A program made the translations under genes and the position numbers. From Betaproteobacteria bacterium (GTDB lineage Bacteria; Pseudomonadota; Gammaproteobacteria; Burkholderiales; Burkholderiaceae_C): a DNA stretch of 49,375 nt. The DNA lies in contig JANYBQ010000046.1 of NCBI GenBank assembly GCA_025360705.1, positions 1 to 49,375 on the forward strand. The letters run 5' to 3'. The stretch's first letter is position 1. Every line of letters starts with the position of its first letter. Below the pieces are notes generated by a model. It had not been told where the DNA came from, did not search any database, and saw nothing but the letters and a program-made list of their open reading frames with translations. Below are positions 33,231 through 43,834 of this stretch, one piece after another.

Positions 33231-34523
33231 TTAAAAGCTTGTCACGATGGCATCGCACACGTTGTATTGGTCGTCTACCAGCGCCATCCAGCGCCACTTG
33301 TCGAAGGTTGTGCAGGGGTGGGAAATACCCAGGCCGATCCGGTCTCCCACTTGCAGGTCCAGCGTCGTGCCATCTGGGGCGCGCAGATAGGCGTGCTGGT
33401 CATTGAGGGCCGTCACGGCCCAGTCCGCTGGCGCGTCGCTCACGGTGGTCTGACCCAGGCGGCTCACGAACACTGGCGTGGGCATGGCCGAGTCGAACGA
33501 CAGGTCGCGGCGGCCCGCGGCCAGGATCGCCAGGCCTGGCTCGGGGCGCGACTGGACTGTGGCCCAGACTTCCATGGCTGCATGCAAGCCATGGCCACAA
33601 CCCAGCCGGCTATTCATCATCGACATCATGCGTTTGTAGGCGCCATGGTCGTGTGTGACGTAACAACCCGAGCGCAGCAGACCGCGTACCGGACGGGAGA
33701 GCCGGGGGGTCAGATGCGACGCCACCAAATCGAAAATGGCCGATCCACCGGCGCTGATCAACACCTCATCGCCTTCAAACAGCTGCTCGGTGTCGCATTG
33801 CAAAGCGGTTGCCACGACCCGGCCCATGATGGTATCGGCCACCGCGCGGTCGGTATCGGTAACACCTTTGGCCCACAAACCCTCATAACATTCAACGCCC
33901 ACCAGCCGCAGCGCCGCGCTGGATCGCATGCGACGGGCCAGGGCCAGCGCCAGTTCGTTGCTGCGGCTACCGGTGCGCCCACCGGCCAGACCGATTTCCA
34001 GCATTACCTCGAACGGCCTCTTGTCGCTGTTATCGGCTCGGCCGGGCGACAGATACCAGTCTTCGATCAGGTCGAGTTGCTGCACCGAGTCGACCAGAAA
34101 CACGATGCGCAATCCGTCGTGGGCATGCACCAGTTGCTGTATCGAAGCCAGATCGGCGGACGTGAGAACCTGGTTGGCGATCAAACACCGCTGCACCCCG
34201 GCGGCGATGCCGACACGCGCCTGGGTCACAGTGGCAAAGGTAATGCCCCAGGCACCCGCATCGAGCTGGCGCCGGAACAGCTGCGGCGACATGGTGGTCT
34301 TGCCGTGCGGCGCCATGTCCACGCCACGCTCGCGTGCAAAACGCTGCATCCAGCCCAGATTGCCGTCTAGCGCGTTGCGCTTGATGATGGCCAGAGGCAG
34401 CGGGAGGTCGCCCCGGAGTACGTTCCATTGCTGCCGCGCAATTTGCGATCGGCGCAACGGCTCCTGGTGGTGCGGAAAACCCTTGAAGCTGGAGTCAATG
34501 AGAGGGTCCAGAAAATCTTGCAT
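33231..34523 (-). CDS. PLP-dependent D-amino-acid deaminase/D-serine dehydratase-like protein (alanine racemase fold)
   Basis: APHGKTTMSPQL, GRTG, YEG, LRSGCYVTHD, ALNDQHAYL, ISHPCTTFDKW. Confidence 0.82.
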   Translation of the reverse strand: MQDFLDPLIDSSFKGFPHHQEPLRRSQIARQQWNVLRGDLPLPLAIIKRNALDGNLGWMQRFARERGVDMAPHGKTTMSPQLFRRQLDAGAWGITFATVTQARVGIAAGVQRCLIANQVLTSADLASIQQLVHAHDGLRIVFLVDSVQQLDLIEDWYLSPGRADNSDKRPFEVMLEIGLAGGRTGSRSNELALALARRMRSSAALRLVGVECYEGLWAKGVTDTDRAVADTIMGRVVATALQCDTEQLFEGDEVLISAGGSAIFDLVASHLTPRLSRPVRGLLRSGCYVTHDHGAYKRMMSMMNSRLGCGHGLHAAMEVWATVQSRPEPGLAILAAGRRDLSFDSAMPTPVFVSRLGQTTVSDAPADWAVTALNDQHAYLRAPDGTTLDLQVGDRIGLGISHPCTTFDKWRWMALVDDQYNVCDAIVTSF

Positions 34524-34556
34524 ATCGCTTCCTGTTTGAATGGAAAAAGTGCTGCA

Positions 34557-36605
34557 TTACGTTCCGGCGGTTGCAACGGCGGGTGCGACCAACAATGCGC
34601 TGGCCGCCGCCGCGCCATGGGCAGCGTGGAGGGCCAGCGTGCCGGCCGGCTGCACGGTGATGACACCGGCCGCGAACTCGATGCCGTCTTGCGCAAACGC
34701 GCGGTGCAGGCGTTTCAATGCCTCGCGCTGCACCACGCTCGGGTTGCTTGGCAACACCGTGAACTTGAGGCGAACCACCAGCGCGTTGTCGGTGATCTCG
34801 GCCATGCCCTGGAGCTTGAGCGGCAGCAGGAATTCTTTGCCGAATTCTTCGTCCTGCAGCATCTCCTGGCCCACGCGCTTGATGGTTTTGCGGGTCTTCT
34901 CCAGGTCGGTGTCGCGTGCCAGACGCAGATTGAACTTCACGGTTTGCCAGTCGCGGCTGTAATTGGTGATGGCATTGAGCTGGCCAAATGGAATGGTGTG
35001 GATCTGGCCGTTCTGGTGGCGCAGGCGCACCGAGCGCAAGGTGACGCGCTCGACCGTGCCCTTGAGGCGTCCGGTGTCGATGTATTCACCGACACGAAAC
35101 GCATCGTCCGACATGAAAAAGATGCCGGCCACGATGTCACGTACCAGCGCCTGCGAGCCAAAGCTGATCGCCAGCCCGAACACACCGGCGCCCGCGAGCA
35201 GTGTCGTGATGTTGACTCCCAGTTGCGACAGCGCCAGAAAGGCCACCAGCACCAGAATTCCTACGCCCACCGAAACCCGTACCAGCGGGAGCAGGGTGGT
35301 AAGCCGCGAAGCAGGTTCCGCCGCCACGTCGTCATCGATGCCCGGAGCCAGGCCGGGTGAAGCGGCTCGTAGCCGTTGTTCGGTCCATAAATCCAGATAA
35401 CGCCAGGCAACGAAACCCACGAACAAGGTTACGGACGCGGTTATGAGCGAATGACGGATCGGCTCCCACCGGGCCATCGGCAGCAACTGCAGGCGCTCCA
35501 CCAGCCACAGCTCGGCCAGCGTGATTGCAATTGCCAGAACCGCCGCGACGCTGACGCAATGCTGGGTCAGCTTGAGCCACCAATGCGCGTGCGCGGACAA
35601 GTCCAGCAGCGCGTACACCACGTAGGCGATCAAGGCGATGCGCAACGAATAGACCAGCGAATGGAAAACCGAAAATTCGAGCGCGATCACCGAAACGTTC
35701 CAGACCATCCAGATCGCCGGGATGGTGACAACGCCAAGCCAGAACCACACGCGCTGGGCAGGGCCGATGACCAGGTGGGAAGCACGATAACGCCATAGTG
35801 CCAGCCCACATCCGGCCGCTACCACCACGCCTTGCGCCAGCACGATCACCTGCCCGACCGGAATCGGCATCTCCACGCGCAGCAACACCGGCATGATGGA
35901 TATTCCGAGAATGCCGACCAGCGTTCCGGAGGCAAGACACAGCTTGACCTGAAGCGCCGTGCGGTCGGGCATTGCAATCAGGCGAAACGCGGGAGTATGC
36001 GGACGCAGTGCCACTTCAAGGAACAACACAAACAGGCGCCATCGCACCAGCCCTGAAATAACGGCGATCATGAGCAGGAACTGGCGATCTTCGCCGTCGA
36101 AATAGAATTTCGTGACCAGATAGGCCGCAATCGAAAAAAGGGCCCAGTTGACGCTGTCGAGCAGCAGCAAACCCGCGGCGCCGCGGGCGCGCATGGTGCT
36201 GGTCTCACAGACGCGGCGCCAGCGCTGTACGGCAATCCGAAACAGCATCGCCAAAGCAAACAAGCCGAAGATGCTGGCCAGGCCGATCGACAGATTGGAT
36301 TGCAGTTGACGCTCGCTGCGACCGACTTCTATCCGGCCCACTGCCGCATTCAGTTCCTGGCCCACGTGTGGCGCCGCCTCGACGATCTTCGCGGCGGCTG
36401 CGCGAAACTCGGCTAGCTGCGCGCCGACCGCATTGATGTCGCGTCCCACCTGGCTCAGATCGCCGCCGACCCGGGTCGCTTCTTCGGGTGTCAGCGCATA
36501 GGCAACCGGCGAATTCATCGCACCCAGCAGCAGCAAAATCGCCGCGATGCGGGCCAACCACGACATCCGTCGAAACTGGGGCCAGGCAAGGACGTTCAAG
36601 ACCAC
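34557..36605 (-). CDS. MscS-family mechanosensitive channel with long multi-TM N-terminus
   Basis: GAGVFGLAISFGSQALVRD, FRVGEYI, GTVERVTLRS, IPFGQL; start uncertain. Confidence 0.88.
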   Translation of the reverse strand: MVLNVLAWPQFRRMSWLARIAAILLLLGAMNSPVAYALTPEEATRVGGDLSQVGRDINAVGAQLAEFRAAAAKIVEAAPHVGQELNAAVGRIEVGRSERQLQSNLSIGLASIFGLFALAMLFRIAVQRWRRVCETSTMRARGAAGLLLLDSVNWALFSIAAYLVTKFYFDGEDRQFLLMIAVISGLVRWRLFVLFLEVALRPHTPAFRLIAMPDRTALQVKLCLASGTLVGILGISIMPVLLRVEMPIPVGQVIVLAQGVVVAAGCGLALWRYRASHLVIGPAQRVWFWLGVVTIPAIWMVWNVSVIALEFSVFHSLVYSLRIALIAYVVYALLDLSAHAHWWLKLTQHCVSVAAVLAIAITLAELWLVERLQLLPMARWEPIRHSLITASVTLFVGFVAWRYLDLWTEQRLRAASPGLAPGIDDDVAAEPASRLTTLLPLVRVSVGVGILVLVAFLALSQLGVNITTLLAGAGVFGLAISFGSQALVRDIVAGIFFMSDDAFRVGEYIDTGRLKGTVERVTLRSVRLRHQNGQIHTIPFGQLNAITNYSRDWQTVKFNLRLARDTDLEKTRKTIKRVGQEMLQDEEFGKEFLLPLKLQGMAEITDNALVVRLKFTVLPSNPSVVQREALKRLHRAFAQDGIEFAAGVITVQPAGTLALHAAHGAAAASALLVAPAVATAGT

Positions 36606-36660
36606 ACCAATTTTCCGAGGGCGACGAATTGAGTCAATGCCTGGCGCATAAGCTTTCCGC

Positions 36661-38808
36661 TCAATACACTGGCCGGTTTTTAAGGATGCTCTCGCGTACC
36701 GGGGCCGTCAGCGTAAATCCATCGCCGAATTTGCCAGCCAACTCATCCGCGCGCTGCGTAAATTTGGCTATGCCCATGCCATAGATGAACTGCATCGCAC
36801 CGCCGGTCCAGGCCGGGAATCCGATGCCGAAGATCGAGCCGATATTCGCGTCGTGCACGGTGGTGAGTACGCCTTCGCTCAGGCAACGCGCGGTTTCAAC
36901 CGCCTGCCGGTAGAGCAACCGGTCCTTCACGTCCTGCAAGTCCCAGGCCAACCCGGGCTTTTCAAACAATGTCTTGAGTTGCGGCCAGAGAGACTTTTTC
37001 GCGCCTTTTTCGGCCGGGTAGTCGTAGAAGCCTCCACCGCCGGCGCGGCCGGGACGTTTGAACTCTTTCACCAGACGTTCCACCAGCAACTGGCCGCAGC
37101 TCGGGTCGTACGGTTTACCCTCGGCCGCGTAATCCGTCCGCGTCTGGTCCAGCACATGCACACTGAGCGATAACGCGGTTTCGTCCAGCACGGCGAGCGG
37201 GCCTACCGGCATGCCGCACTGGATGCCCGCGTTTTCTATCACCGGCGCGGGAATGCCTTCACTCAGCATCGCCGCGCCTTCCATCACGAAGGAGCCAAAG
37301 GTTCGGCTGGTATAGAAGCCGCGCGAATCGTTGACCACGATCGGAATTTTGCCCAGCGCCTGCACATAGTCGAAAGCACGCGCCACGGTCTCGTCATCGG
37401 TTTTTGCGCCGCGGATGATCTCCACCAGCTTCATCTTGTCGACCGGGCTGAAGAAATGGATACCGACGAATTTGTCCGGATGCGCACTCGCGCCCGCCAA
37501 ACCGCTGATCGGCAATGTCGAGGTGTTAGTGGCAAAAAATCCACCCGGCGCAAGCATCGGTTCAGCTTCTTTCGTCACACCGGCCTTGAGCGCGCGCTGC
37601 TCGAACACGGCCTCGACGATCAGGTCGCAACCCTTCAGATCCGAAACCTTGTCCGTAGCGGTGATACGGGCCAGCAACTCGGCCTGGTCGTGCGGACTCG
37701 TGCGTCCCTTGTCCACGCGTGCCTGCGTCATCTTGACGCTATACGCCTTGCCGCTATTGGCCTTCTCCGAACTGATGTCCTTTAGCACCGTGGCGATGCC
37801 GCGACCAGCCTGCACATAAGCAATGCCCGCACCCATCATGCCAGCGCCCAACACGCCCACTTTGCATGGCTTATAACGCGGCACGCCTTTGGGCCGGGAC
37901 TGGCCAGACTTGATCGCGTTGATGTTGAAGAAGAACGTATTGATCATGTTCTTCGCCACCGGGCTCACGATCAGCTTGGCCAGGTACCGGCTCTCGATGC
38001 GTGTGGCCGTGTCGTAGTCCACCTGCGCACCTTCCACCATCGCAGCCAGCGCGTATTCGAGCGCTGGATAGAGTCCGCGTGAAGTCTTTTTGATCATCGC
38101 CGGCGCTACCGCCAGCGCACCCGCGATTTTCGGGTTACTCGGCAAACCGCCGGGCATTTTGTAAGCCTTGTCGTCCCAGGGTTGTATTGCCGTGGGATTG
38201 GCGGCGATCCACGCCAGGGCTTTTTCACGCAGTTGGCCGGCGTCGCTTACCAGTTCGTTAACCAGGCCCGGTACCAGAGCCTCGCGCGGATTGAACAACT
38301 TGCTTTCCAGGATGTAGGGCTGCGCGCCCATCAGCCCCAGTAGGCGCGTCATCTTGGTGATCCCGGTGGCGCCCGGGATCAACCCTAATGTGATTTCGGG
38401 CAAACCAAGCTGTATCTTGCGATCATCGACGGCCACGCGGTAATGGCCGACCAGCGCGATTTCCCAGCCGCCGCCCAGCGCCGTTCCGTTAAGGCAGGTC
38501 ACCACCGGTTTGCCGAGTGTTTCGAGCGCGCGGAAATTTTTCTTGGTCTGTTCGATCTCCCTGAACACGGTCGGGGCGTCTTCGGGTTGAAGCCGCATCG
38601 TGCCTTTCAGGTCGGCACCGGCAAAAAAGCTGCTTTTGTTCGACGCCAGGATGATGCCTTTGATTGCCTCTTTGTCCTTCACGACCCGGGCCGTCACTTC
38701 GGTCAAATCATGGTGCCAGTCCTGGCACATGGTGTTGACCGGAGAGCCGGGTTCGTCGAATGTGATGGTGGCGATGCCGTCTTTGAGTTCGTACTGGATG
38801 GTTTTCAT
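36661..38808 (-). CDS. Fatty-acid oxidation multifunctional enzyme (enoyl-CoA hydratase/3-hydroxyacyl-CoA dehydrogenase, FadJ/FadB-like)
   Basis: FFAGADL, ALGGGWE, GLPEITLG, GAGMMGAGIA, NTSTLPI, HFFSPV. Confidence 0.92.
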   Translation of the reverse strand: MKTIQYELKDGIATITFDEPGSPVNTMCQDWHHDLTEVTARVVKDKEAIKGIILASNKSSFFAGADLKGTMRLQPEDAPTVFREIEQTKKNFRALETLGKPVVTCLNGTALGGGWEIALVGHYRVAVDDRKIQLGLPEITLGLIPGATGITKMTRLLGLMGAQPYILESKLFNPREALVPGLVNELVSDAGQLREKALAWIAANPTAIQPWDDKAYKMPGGLPSNPKIAGALAVAPAMIKKTSRGLYPALEYALAAMVEGAQVDYDTATRIESRYLAKLIVSPVAKNMINTFFFNINAIKSGQSRPKGVPRYKPCKVGVLGAGMMGAGIAYVQAGRGIATVLKDISSEKANSGKAYSVKMTQARVDKGRTSPHDQAELLARITATDKVSDLKGCDLIVEAVFEQRALKAGVTKEAEPMLAPGGFFATNTSTLPISGLAGASAHPDKFVGIHFFSPVDKMKLVEIIRGAKTDDETVARAFDYVQALGKIPIVVNDSRGFYTSRTFGSFVMEGAAMLSEGIPAPVIENAGIQCGMPVGPLAVLDETALSLSVHVLDQTRTDYAAEGKPYDPSCGQLLVERLVKEFKRPGRAGGGGFYDYPAEKGAKKSLWPQLKTLFEKPGLAWDLQDVKDRLLYRQAVETARCLSEGVLTTVHDANIGSIFGIGFPAWTGGAMQFIYGMGIAKFTQRADELAGKFGDGFTLTAPVRESILKNRPVY

Positions 38809-38818
38809 GTCAGCAAGC

Positions 38819-40024
38819 TCAGATGCGCTCAACGATGGTGGCAATACCCATGCCGCCGCCTACACACAAGGTGACCATGCCGTAACGTAGCTTGCGCCGA
38901 TGCAGTTCGTCGATCAGTGTGCCCAGGATCATCGCGCCGGTGGCGCCCAGCGGATGGCCCATGGCGATTGCGCCGCCGTTCACATTGACCTTGTCGTGCG
39001 GCACGCCCATTTCTTTCATGAAGCGCATTGGCACCGCTGCAAAGGCTTCATTCACCTCGAACAGGTCGATCTGGTCGATCGTCATGCCGGCCTTGGCCAG
39101 CGCCTTGCGTGCGGCCGGCATCGGGCCGGTCAGCATGATGGTAGGGTCGGCGCCGCTCAAGGCCGCGGCCACGATACGTGCACGCGGCGTCAGGCCATGA
39201 GTTTTGCCAGCGGCTTCCGAACCGATCAGTACCGCGGCCGCGCCGTCCACGATGCCCGACGAGTTGCCCGCGTGGTGTACGTGGTGGATGCGTTCGACCT
39301 GCGGGTAACGCGTCAGCGCCACCTGGTCGAAGCCCATGGCGCCCAGCGCTTCGAACGCGGGCTTGAGCGACGCCAGCCCTGCCATGGTGGTGTGGGGTTT
39401 GATGAATTCGTCGAAGTCCAGGATGGTCTGGTCCAGGAAGTCTTTTACCGGCACGACGGAGCCGGCGAAGTAGCCGCCCTCGCGTGCCTTGGCCGCACGT
39501 TTCTGACTTTCCAGCGCAAACGCGTCCACGTCTTCGCGACCGAAACCTTCTATCGTGGCGATCAAATCGGCACCGATGCCTTGCGGCACGAAAGAGGTCG
39601 CGTTATTGGTCTCGGGATCTTGCGCCCAGGCGCCGCCATCGGAGCCGATCGGAACGCGGCTCATGCTTTCCACGCCGCCGGCCACTACCAGATCCTCCCA
39701 ACCCGAGCGCACTTTTTGCGCCGCCATATTGACTGCCTCCAGGCCTGAAGCGCAAAAGCGGTTTAGCTGCACGCCCGAACAACGGAAGTCCCAGCCGGCC
39801 TTGAGCGCGGCCACCTTGGCTATTACCGAGCCTTGTTCCCCTATTGGCGAAACCACACCCATCACGACGTCGTCCACCTGCGCGGTGTCGAAGTCGTTGC
39901 GACGTTTCAGTTCACTCAGCACACCGGCCAGCAGATTGACCGGTTTGACTTCATGCAGACTGCCGTCTTTCTTGCCTTTGCCACGCGGTGTGCGGATGGC
40001 GTCGAACACAAATGCCTCGGTCAT
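38819..40024 (-). CDS. Acetyl-CoA C-acyltransferase (thiolase)
   Basis: [35 protein letters not shown]; start MTEAFVFD with AAGGAGA RBS. Confidence 0.93.
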   Translation of the reverse strand: MTEAFVFDAIRTPRGKGKKDGSLHEVKPVNLLAGVLSELKRRNDFDTAQVDDVVMGVVSPIGEQGSVIAKVAALKAGWDFRCSGVQLNRFCASGLEAVNMAAQKVRSGWEDLVVAGGVESMSRVPIGSDGGAWAQDPETNNATSFVPQGIGADLIATIEGFGREDVDAFALESQKRAAKAREGGYFAGSVVPVKDFLDQTILDFDEFIKPHTTMAGLASLKPAFEALGAMGFDQVALTRYPQVERIHHVHHAGNSSGIVDGAAAVLIGSEAAGKTHGLTPRARIVAAALSGADPTIMLTGPMPAARKALAKAGMTIDQIDLFEVNEAFAAVPMRFMKEMGVPHDKVNVNGGAIAMGHPLGATGAMILGTLIDELHRRKLRYGMVTLCVGGGMGIATIVERI

Positions 40025-40075
40025 ATCGGTCTCCTTGCGGAATAGCGTGGGAAGGAGAACGAGTATATTCATTCC

Positions 40076-41239
40076 ATGATCGAACGCAGTCTGTTTACCC
40101 CTGAGCATCGAGCCTTCAAGGACAGCTACCAGCGTTTTTCCGACAGGGAAATCGCGCCCCACCACGAGGCTTGGGAAGATCAGGGTTACGTGGACCGCGA
40201 GGTCTGGCGCAAGGCGGGTGCCAATGGATTTTTGTGCATGACGATGCCCGAAGCTTATGGCGGTGCCGGCGCCGACCGGCTTTACGCGGTGGCCCAGATG
40301 GAGGTCAATGCTGAGGGCGGCTACAGCGGCGTTGGCTTCGGTTTGCATAACAACATAGTCGCGCCGTATATCGAACGCTACGGCACCGAAGCGCAGAAGC
40401 AGAAGTACCTGCCTGCCATGGCCAGCGGCGAAATGATCGGTGCCATTGCGATGAGCGAACCCGCTGCCGGCTCGGACCTGCAAGGCATCAAGGCTACGGC
40501 CATCAAGCAGCACGACGGCAGTTACCTGCTCAACGGCAGCAAGACCTTCATTACCAACGGCTGGCATGCCGACCTCGTGATCGTGGTGGCCAAGACCGAC
40601 CCTGCCGCAGGGGCGCGCGGCACCAGTTTGCTGCTGGTGGAACGCGGCATGCCGGGCTTCGAGAAAGGCAAGCGCCTGAAGAAACTCGGACTCAAGGCGC
40701 AAGACACGTCGGAACTTTTCTTCGACAACGTCAAGGTCGCGGCTGGCAACGTGCTGGGCGGCGTGGCGATGGAAGGCAAAGGCTTTTTCTGCCTGATGCA
40801 GGAGCTGCCCTGGGAGCGGATGCAGATCGCGGTCGGCGCCGTATCGGCGGCCCAGGCCGCGATCGACCGCACAGTGGCTTACGTCAAGGAACGCAAGGTG
40901 TTCGGCACCACGGTCTCGACGTTCCAGAACACCCGCTTCACGCTGGCCGAACTGCAAACCCAGGTGCAGATTGCGCGCGTGTTCGTCGACAAATGTCTGG
41001 AACTGGTGCTGCTGGAAAAACTCGACAGCGCCACCGCAAGCATGGCCAAATACTGGTGCAGCGACCTGCAATGCAAGGTGATGGACGAATGCCTGCAGCT
41101 GTTCGGTGGATACGGTTATATGTGGGAGTACCCGATCGCACGCGCGTTCGCTGACGCACGGGTGCAGCGAATTTACGGCGGCACCAACGAGATCATGAAA
41201 GAAGTGATCACCCGGGCTATGGGGCTCGGCGGCAAATAA
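40076..41239 (+). CDS. Acyl-CoA dehydrogenase
   Basis: [40 protein letters not shown]. Confidence 0.94.
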   Translation: MIERSLFTPEHRAFKDSYQRFSDREIAPHHEAWEDQGYVDREVWRKAGANGFLCMTMPEAYGGAGADRLYAVAQMEVNAEGGYSGVGFGLHNNIVAPYIERYGTEAQKQKYLPAMASGEMIGAIAMSEPAAGSDLQGIKATAIKQHDGSYLLNGSKTFITNGWHADLVIVVAKTDPAAGARGTSLLLVERGMPGFEKGKRLKKLGLKAQDTSELFFDNVKVAAGNVLGGVAMEGKGFFCLMQELPWERMQIAVGAVSAAQAAIDRTVAYVKERKVFGTTVSTFQNTRFTLAELQTQVQIARVFVDKCLELVLLEKLDSATASMAKYWCSDLQCKVMDECLQLFGGYGYMWEYPIARAFADARVQRIYGGTNEIMKEVITRAMGLGGK

Positions 41240-41303
41240 GGCGGCGCGAAAATCCATGCGACTGCCCAAATCGGGGACGATCGGCAAGCGCCCGGGCCAG
41301 GAC

Positions 41304-42197
41304 TTACCAGGTGAGCGGATCGACGCAATAAAAGCGCCGCAGCTCCTGGTACAAGGCGGCATGCTCCTGCGCCATGCGCTGGGGTAGCTCGAAGAAAACC
41401 TCCGACGCCACCGCAAAAAATTCCGCCGGACTGGTTGCGCCGTAGTTGCTGAGCAGGAAGCCTTGCCCGGCTTCTACGGCTTCCCCGGTTTGTTCCGCTT
41501 CAGCGCGCTGCTGCAACCGCGCAAATTCTTCACTGAAAATTTTCAGCCACCTGCTGCGTGCCGCACGCGAGCCCAGTTGCGGCGCGCCATTGGCGTGACC
41601 GGTTTCCTGATCCAGTTGGTGCGCAAATTCATGCACCACCACATTACGCCCGTCCGCCGGGTCGGCGGCGCCGTCCAGCACGTCTTCCCAGGACAGGATG
41701 ACCTGGCCCTGCGACCAGGATTCACCCGCGAGAACCTGACGCAGGTCCTGCAATATGCCGGTGCCGTCGGCACGGACGCGGTTGACCACAAATGGGCCCG
41801 GATACACCAGTATCTGGCGCAGCTTGGGGAAATAGGTGGGAGGCCGATTGAGAATCAGCAGGCAAGCCTGCGCTGCAATCACGACGCGCATTTCTTGCGT
41901 CAATACCAGGCCGCCACAGGCCAAAAAGGGTTTCTCGGCCAGGAATACCTGGATGTGTTGCTTGAGTTGCAATTGCAGGTCGGCGGGCAGCCCTGCCACA
42001 TAAGGAACCCGGTACTGCAGAATGCGCCGCCATTCAGCGGGAAAAGGCTGCCGGCGTAGCCGCGCACGGTGTTTCTCCACCAGCCAGGGCCTGGCCAACA
42101 GCCAGATCACGAACACCAGCGCCAGTCCGGAAAGAAGGAGGAAGGGCAAGTTTGTGTCCGGTAGGGTGGATGTGACGGCTTTATCTGGGTGCGGCAT
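41304..42197 (-). CDS. MtfA-like zinc-dependent peptidase (M90)
   Basis: N-terminal [18 protein letters not shown] zinc motif, [19 protein letters not shown]. Confidence 0.88.
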   Translation of the reverse strand: MPHPDKAVTSTLPDTNLPFLLLSGLALVFVIWLLARPWLVEKHRARLRRQPFPAEWRRILQYRVPYVAGLPADLQLQLKQHIQVFLAEKPFLACGGLVLTQEMRVVIAAQACLLILNRPPTYFPKLRQILVYPGPFVVNRVRADGTGILQDLRQVLAGESWSQGQVILSWEDVLDGAADPADGRNVVVHEFAHQLDQETGHANGAPQLGSRAARSRWLKIFSEEFARLQQRAEAEQTGEAVEAGQGFLLSNYGATSPAEFFAVASEVFFELPQRMAQEHAALYQELRRFYCVDPLTW

Positions 42198-42408
42198 GAC
42201 TGGTTTTCAATGTCCACCGAGGGCGCGATCAAATGCATGCGAGACGCAGATTGGCCGCGTGCCCTTAACCGAGGCAATACCCTGACTGCATTATGGGCTT
42301 AGGAAGCTTGTGCGTCCAAAATGCCGGGTGCGCGGTAAGTACTCAGCCAGAGTTGCGTGCCGCACGTTACCGAGGCATCCCACTATCCCAGCGGCGAAAG
42401 AGAAAACC

Positions 42409-43101
42409 ATGAAATCACCGTTAACCACTTCGTTCTGCGTCTCGCTGGCGATCGCCAGCGGTCTCGCGCTCACGCCCTCAGCAAGGGCCGATGACGACCA
42501 CGACGGCGGCCGCTTCGAAGTGACGATTACCAACCTCACGCGCGGCCAACAGTTCACTCCGATTCTCGTGGCCAGCCATAAGTCGACGGTTAAGCTGTTC
42601 GAGTTGGGAAAGCCAGCCAGCCCTGAACTGCAAATCCTCGCCGAGCAAGGCAACACGGCGCCGCTGGCGGCCGCGCTGGCGTTACTGCCAGGCACCGGAC
42701 AAGTCGTCTCCGGCAGCGGCTTGACCAACCCCGGGACGTCGGTGACGCTGATTGTCGAGGGCCGCCGCGGTTTCGGCTTCTTGAGCGTTGCGGCGATGCT
42801 GATCCCGACCAATGACGCGTTCTTCGCCCTCAACGGCGTGGCGTTGCCGCGCGGAAACGATACTTTGACCTTGACCGCGCCAGCCTACGATGCTGGGACC
42901 GAGCGCAATGACGAGCTTTGTGCGTCGATCCCCGGCCCCTTCTTTGCAGAATGCGGCGGCTCGGGCGGCGGTGCGGCGCCGGGGGGAGGAGAAGGTTATG
43001 TGCACATCCACGCAGGTATCCACGGCATCGGCGACCTCCATGCCGCCACGCGCGACTGGCGCAATCCGGTCGCGTTGATCACCGTGCGACGCATGCGATG
43101 A
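42409..43101 (+). CDS. Secreted Spondin_N-domain protein
   Basis: Signal peptide (..TPSARA), VTITNLT...FTP...H, AEQGN, MLIPTNDAF, YDAGTE motifs of bacterial spondins. Confidence 0.82.
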   Translation: MKSPLTTSFCVSLAIASGLALTPSARADDDHDGGRFEVTITNLTRGQQFTPILVASHKSTVKLFELGKPASPELQILAEQGNTAPLAAALALLPGTGQVVSGSGLTNPGTSVTLIVEGRRGFGFLSVAAMLIPTNDAFFALNGVALPRGNDTLTLTAPAYDAGTERNDELCASIPGPFFAECGGSGGGAAPGGGEGYVHIHAGIHGIGDLHAATRDWRNPVALITVRRMR

Positions 43102-43219
43102 GTCGTTGAGAGACTTGAGTGCTCGCGTCGTTCACAATGCGCTTACAGTGAAAAGACCCGCGGCACGCGTTACATCGAGCATCGTCGAACCGGGCGCGAC
43201 CGCCGGCCGAGTCAGACAG

Positions 43220-43831
43220 ATGCCGATTGTCGGTGCCGGGGGCGCAAGCGACCTCCTGGCCGACTTGATCGTGGCCAGCGCGCGCGGCGACCAGCGCGCT
43301 TTTCAGCGCCTGTATCGAGCGACTTCCAACACGCTGTTCGGACTCGCGCTGCGCATGTTGAAACGACGCGAGTGGGCCGAAGAGGTGCTGCAAGAGAGCT
43401 TTGTTTCGGTCTGGCGACACGCTGCTCGTTATGACCAGACAAAAGGCGCCGCGATGACATGGTTGATCCGAATAGTTCGCAATCAGGCGCTCGACTGGAT
43501 TCACCCGTCGCGCCCCGACGGCTTCGAGCGTAGCTACGCCAGAGCCGCCGACCTGCTGGACGACGACCTGCTCAACGCCGTGGGCGACCTCATTGCGGCA
43601 GACGGAGCCGAGATGGTCGACTATGCGCGGCGAGCCGACAGTATCGCCGCCTGTCTGGCGGCGCTTGATGGCCGGCAGCGTCAGAGCCTCGTGCTGGTTT
43701 TCTTTCATGGCTTGAGTCATGGTGACCTGGCCCTTCACCTGCAGCAACCTCTGGGTACCGTGAAAGCCTGGGTGCGGCGGGGTTTGGTGAGGCTGGCCGA
43801 GTGTCTCGCTGCCAGCAACCCGAGGATGTAA
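43220..43831 (+). CDS. ECF sigma factor, SigK-like
   Basis: GDQRAFQRLY, AEEVLQESF, TWLIRIVRNQALD, PLGTVKAWVRRGL; start uncertain (43106 TTG to 43220 ATG). Confidence 0.88.
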   Translation: MPIVGAGGASDLLADLIVASARGDQRAFQRLYRATSNTLFGLALRMLKRREWAEEVLQESFVSVWRHAARYDQTKGAAMTWLIRIVRNQALDWIHPSRPDGFERSYARAADLLDDDLLNAVGDLIAADGAEMVDYARRADSIAACLAALDGRQRQSLVLVFFHGLSHGDLALHLQQPLGTVKAWVRRGLVRLAECLAASNPRM

Positions 43832-43834
43832 TGG

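Noticed and set aside
38819-41416. 865-aa minus-strand ORF looking like a thiolase with a large N-terminal fusion
   Set aside because: The N-terminal half is the antisense shadow of the acyl-CoA dehydrogenase; the thiolase has its own SD and ATG at 40024
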